From contig NC_068981.1 of NCBI RefSeq assembly GCF_001194135.2, positions 93,977,916 through 94,014,547 on the forward strand: DNA of 36,632 nucleotides, in the 5' to 3' direction. Positions within the stretch are counted from its first letter, which is position 1, and every line of letters starts with the position of its first letter. Positions 31,549 to 36,632 of the stretch are shown here, one piece after another. The position numbers and the translations under genes are program-made. This stretch comes from Octopus bimaculoides. Lineage: Eukaryota. Below the pieces are notes generated by a model. That model searched no databases. It had not been told where the DNA came from and worked only from the letters and a program-made list of their open reading frames with translations.

Positions 31549-33181
31549 CTAATAATTGAAATGGAAAATATAATAATAACATTATATAAACATGGAATTT
31601 TAATATCAATAGCAGTTCAAAACAAAAAGTTATCATCCTAATCTGATTCCATACCAGAAAATCAGTTTAGTATCTATTTATTATAGTATATGTTCTCAGA
31701 GTTGGATGTCCTTCCAACAAAAGGCACTGGCAACAAAAGGTAGGAACGAAAGTTTTGTCAATCAAAGAATGAGACAAAGTGTTGTATGTGCAGGCATATT
31801 CTAAAATACATGATGTATTATTCCAAACATGGAAGTCATTTTACTTGTAACTACACCTTTTCTGTTTTAAAACCTAAACCCATAGAAAATTATTTTTGAG
31901 TAGAACCCCTGTCGGCACTACTTAAATACAGAGATCTCCTAAACATTATGTCACAGAATCCTTACACGATTATTTGAAAATATCACTGAACCTACACCTA
32001 TATTTTCCGGACAATTCCTGTCACAGGATGTGTGACGAAAGATTTCTAGATATAGGACGTAAAATAAGAACAATAATATAAAATTAACAATGATAAAATA
32101 AATCTGAAGTGAAGAACGAATATAGAGTGCGTGTGTCAGTCCCGAAATATAACAAAATATAATCCTGGAATTTTTTCACGGTATCCTGTTTGAGAAACCC
32201 TAACTTGATCAACCGTGGGGATAATTGCTGCGAAAGCATAGTGGCCTAAATTAAGGATGAGACGGGAATAGTTTAGGCGACTGTTGTTTGCAACAGGTTT
32301 ATGATTTGACTGCTATTTCTAGCAGATAGAGCGACGACATACAGGGTCACTGTTATTGGTATGCCCTTTGCTGGTTCTTATTGTAACGTTCTTTTGGGGG
32401 TCCACCTGACAAATAAAGGAACTATACATACAATAGATTGTGTTACACGTTAATTATATACGAGACAGAGTTCATTATTCGTTTTCAGAGTTTTATTGAC
32501 AGGAATTTATTTATCAAAAATCAAACTTTAGAATACTTATATGCATGTATTATGTAAATTAACATATACTCGATGCATTATATTTAACAGTATAACGTAC
32601 ACATGTATGTATAATTTTAGGATTTGTCGTTATTTACCCTTGTTTTTGTTATGGTTATCCACCTACACCAAAATTGATTTAAATTACAGGAAAATGATCT
32701 TAATATGGATACAGAGAATCAATGAGACGAATAGATAGACATAAATGAAATTGCTAATTATTAATCATTACTTTATAAGAGAAGTATAAGCAATTTTATA
32801 AGTCTATATATTTGTTAGAATAGCGTGATACCTATATTTCCAACAGAAGAGGTACAGGTGTATTTGTGTTAGTAAATCTACACATAAATATATTAAGTAC
32901 AAATAGATGGGTGAAATAGAAATAACAGCTAAGACAAAGATCAGTAATTATTTAAACATAGCATCAAGATATATAGATTTAGAAAACAAAATTCAATAAT
33001 TCAATAACAAATAGAAAATGCCCTCTAACAAAGTTCAATGTTAAACAAAACTAAATGAAGAAATATTATTTATGGAACATACTAAAACGCCAATTAATTA
33101 CTGCTTCCCTCATTCTTTCACTTATTCTATTCTCAAACCATAAATTTTAAATCTAAGCTAAAACAAGAGCAAATATTTTAC

Positions 33182-33242
33182 CCGATCGCCGTAACGCGTT
33201 GGCAGAAGCCGAGACGAGTAACCTTCGTAGATGCGCAGCCAT
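33182..33242 (-). CDS. NDUFS3: NDUFS3 exon 1 (MAAHLRRLLVSASANALRRS, mitochondrial targeting peptide)
   Basis: ATG at 33242-33240; Arg/Ala/Ser-rich with no acidic residues; G|gtaaaa donor; full CDS 801 nt, 266 aa. Confidence 0.9.
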
Positions 33243-33330
33243 CGCTCTCCTGCCAAGGAGATTCAGATACACTAACAGTCACTACTAAGCGAGTTTTTCA
33301 GCGTTTAGTTGCGATCTCCTGAAAGATGTT
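33243..33330 (-). promoter_or_regulatory. NDUFS3 5' UTR and proximal promoter (approximate)
   Basis: Immediately upstream of the ATG in a CpG-retaining region; TSS not determinable. Confidence 0.4.
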
Positions 33331-34104
33331 TTTTTTTTCTTTTTTTCGTTCTATGATATTTATTTATTTATTTATTTCCGGGGAAAACGTATGAATGTCA
33401 CATATTCTCATTTTTTATCTGTGCTAATGAAAGAATTTTTTTTGATATATTTAAAAACTGGCAGAAGTAAAAGTTGGGAACCTCGAAAGACACTATACAG
33501 GAATCTTCACATTACGGCTTCCTCAGGTTACAGGATTTCGCACTTATGGAAATTTTAATGTGTTACCACTAATTTTGGAAAATGGTCTTTAAAAACTATA
33601 CTTTCTTCTCAGCCAAGAGGTCGTTTCCCAGTGTAAATTTGAAAAAAAAACTATAAACGCGATACATATACATATATATGTGTGCAAATATTTGTGCGTT
33701 TGTCGTAATAAACACTTACAGTGTGAGGTAGAATTTTTCACTTAATGTGTGTGTGTATGCGTGCGTGTTGAATCATCAATCAATCCATCCATCCATCCAT
33801 ACGTACATATATACATATCACGCGCATGTACATATCAACCTTCACCGCTACCACAATTTATCAACTCCCAAACCAATACAACCGCCATCATAACCAATCC
33901 AGAAAGACCTTTAATAACCAATAACAACGGCAACAATGGTACGAATAAGATAACTAGCTGCATCGGAAATTAAATAAAAAAAACAAAAAAACAATCACAT
34001 GAGATAATGTACTGTAATGTATCTTAGGTGTTGAGCGAAACGTCTGTGAACTTAGATCAACGAGAATTGACTTAAATCAATCAGCAACAACAATAAATCA
34101 ACAC

Positions 34105-34225
34105 GAACAATATAACCACCACTACCAACAATAATAGCCCACCACCATCACCACTACCACTATCATCACCAACATGAAAACCGTTACCACCAACGCCAAC
34201 ATTACTACCAAACCACCAACATTTG
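34105..34225. repeat. Degenerate (ACC/ACT/AAC)n low-complexity tract
   Basis: accaccactaccaacaat..caccaccatcaccactaccac. Confidence 0.7.
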
Positions 34226-35061
34226 ATTAACCGACTGACAACGGCAATAAAAGTATCAGCATGATCGAATTGTCTGTAGCTACATATATTGTAAGTAGGG
34301 CGTGGAGTTTTCCTGGCTTAAGTCAGAAGTACAAGGGGTGAAGTGCCCATGAACCTGATAGCCCTTCAATTAGCTGTAATCAAGCAGTACTTCCTTCCAC
34401 CTCACTCTTTCACCTTTTCATTTTCTTACATCTATAAGAATAAAACAAACAATGGCTCATATAAAACAGTTTTTTCTCTGATGCTGCTTTTTTCAAATAT
34501 ATATATTTGCAGTAGATAATTGTTGATCGGCGCCGTTATTAAATTCAAGATATCTGGAAAGAAGACATTAACTGGAACTGAAGGTAATAGTGCGAAATGG
34601 ATTACACTGGGTGTTAAACACAATATTTTTTAAAAGGCTTGATGCAAGAGAAAAAAAAATCAGCCACATTGCCAGACATTAGGGCTCGCAACGTCTACAG
34701 TAGGAGCAATACGAACGTGGTAATTGAAAGAAAATTAAATTAAGTGCTCAAAAAGTTGCTCTTAGATTTTTTTCAAAGATCTAATGGAAGCTTAAAATAG
34801 GACGGCTTTTGGGTGAATGGATCGAGAATCAGGCTCGATGCATTGTAGCGTTAAGCTCAATGATAATTAAAAATAGTCAAAAGTTTGACGCTTTTTAGAA
34901 AAAGGAAGGTGAAAACTTGTAATGAAAATCCTTTTCTGGCTAGCAAAGGCTGGTTTGAAAGATTGAAGAATTGCTTGAAGTTGCACATCATAAAAGTGGT
35001 TGGTGAATCTCATTTCTGCTGCTACTATTACTACGACGACAAATAATAATAATAATCTTTT

Positions 35062-35262
35062 CTACAATAAGCACAAGACCTGAAATTTGGTAGGGAGGGG
35101 GCTAGTCGATTACATCGACCCCAGTGTTTCATTGGTACTTAATTTCTCCACCTTGAAAGGATGAAAAGCAAAGTTGTCCTCGGTGGAATTTGAACTCAGA
35201 ATGTAGCAACGGGCGAAATACTGTTAAGCATTTCATCCAGCGTGCTAACGATTCTGCCAGAA
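35062..35262 (-). mobile_element. tRNA-derived SINE family B
   Basis: ggaatttgaactcagaatgtagcaacgggcgaaatac..gcgtgctaacgattctgccag; first about 9 nt missing. Confidence 0.8.
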
Positions 35263-35299
35263 GAAAAAAAGAAAGGAAAGAAAGTAAAAAGAAAAAAAT

Positions 35300-36632
35300 A
35301 TTACCACCTTGGGTTGAAAAGTTGGGGGCGCTGGGAAACCTTTCTAATGGCTGACACGCTAGCCCACTTGCAGCCTTGCTGCGGGCGATGGCGAGGCTGA
35401 TGCGCTGAAACAGCCAAGCGCCATCACGGGCCTCACCAGTTACCTCTGCAAAGAAAGTTGCCAGTGAAGACAGGAATCTCGCAGTTAGTGGTCGGACCTC
35501 ATTAAACGTCTCGTACGTCACAAGATGGAAAATGTAGCTGGCCAACAAATCGCGATATATCAGGATTTTGTTCCGCTCGGCCGCAGAAGCTGTGGATCTC
35601 GCTCTGACTGCAGCATCCAGGATGAGAAGAAGCAAAGGAGTTGCTAATTGTGACATTCCAGACAAGGCATCTGCCATGCAACTAGGGGTACAGGGTGAGG
35701 CCGTCAGGTCTCTTCTCATTAAGTCTGGACAATCCAGATGGTTCCAGGATGGAGGGGATGTTTGCCCAGGCCAAGCTCCTCTTGAGAGTCAAGTTCAACT
35801 CCGTATGACGCGCAAAGCAACCAGCATTCAGGCGGCAAGAAAGGCTACGGAAGCCTGAGGAGTCGAGGAACCTGCCACAACAACAGATCAAACCCGTGCA
35901 TACGTCAGCTCCCACTCCGAGGGCAATGGAGACACGAAGTTCGTCCAAGCTGAGTAGGCCACAAACATAAGCCACAGGGATGGCATCAATCCAGTCACCT
36001 GAGTATTTGGCGCTAGTAGATAGTAAATGGTACCTTGAAAATTTGTCCGATTGGATGAAGAGGGAGTTGGAGGTGGCCTTCGAAATTAAGTTGTCCCAAG
36101 CTCTCTGACTCCGACAGTCCTCCACCTTCTCAGGAGCAGACAAGCCCAATTCCATCCGGTGTTGGAGAGTTTCATCCAACTCCCTGTTGGGACTGGTCCA
36201 TTTTGGAGAGGAGAGGATATTGTTCACCAGGGTGGAGCAGGCGTGAAGAGGGTGGGACGAACACTTGCGAAGACCAAGACCTCCAAATCGCTTGGGCAAT
36301 TCAGCCTGATCGCGGAACGTTGGAGAGAGTCTGACATTGACTAAGCATTCGAGTCTCTCAAAGATTAGGTTGTCGAAGCGTTGGAGGCATGATGGGAATC
36401 GGTAAGATGAGCTGACGCTGAGTAAATATAGAAGCTTAGTGATCGAGAGGTAATTCCTAAGTATGAAAAATCTTTGATGGGGTTTGATAGCTTCAATATT
36501 TTTCAGTAATTGCTCAAGCGCAGCCACCTTCGACTGGAAGATGAACTCAAAGGCAAAGCCAGTGATTGGGGAACCTAGAGAGCACCAAAACGATGGGGGA
36601 GAGACTGCAATGGAAAGGAAGAACTCTGCAAA
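35300..36632 (-). mobile_element. CRE-clade non-LTR retrotransposon 3' part (RT C-terminus, Zn motif, restriction-like endonuclease); runs off window end
   Basis: LGSPI; QAELPKRFGGLGLR; SGDWIDAIP; CCCG..D..G..SLSC; RH.ELN; EP.GL.R..KRPDGLTLYP; after a frameshift at about 35700, AE..K...Y and FQRISLAIAR. Confidence 0.8.

Noticed and set aside
33995-34049. Possible hammerhead (TCACA...GAAACGTC-TGTGA)
   Set aside because: No CUGANGA core and no correctly placed stem II
35568-35858. Plus-strand 96-aa ORF (also 36159-36344)
   Set aside because: Antisense shadow of the CRE element ORF

Overview
AT-rich, repeat-dense eukaryotic scaffold with three N-gaps. The (GAT)n-tailed RTE 3' ends, tRNA-derived SINEs and TTAA-MITEs suggest an octopod cephalopod (inference from repeat style). 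Two spliced nuclear OXPHOS genes lie in tandem on the minus strand. NDUFS3 (complex I) has 6 coding exons over 33242-23046 and encodes 266 aa. COX6B (complex IV) has 3 coding exons over 9668-7867 and encodes 78 aa, with a probable distant 5'-UTR exon near 18.65 kb. All GT-AG junctions and exon phases were checked by hand. The rest is mostly transposable-element debris: RTE LINEs, SINEs, two mariner relics, a piggyBac deletion derivative and MITEs, hAT-type MITEs, a candidate solo LTR, and a CRE-clade RLE retrotransposon upstream of NDUFS3. The most notable signal is five type I hammerhead-ribozyme motifs at four loci (about 2.65/2.71 kb as an inverted pair, 8.13 kb, 16.2 kb, 26.4 kb). They look Penelope-derived, and several lie in or near introns of the two genes. 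Their activity is untested.
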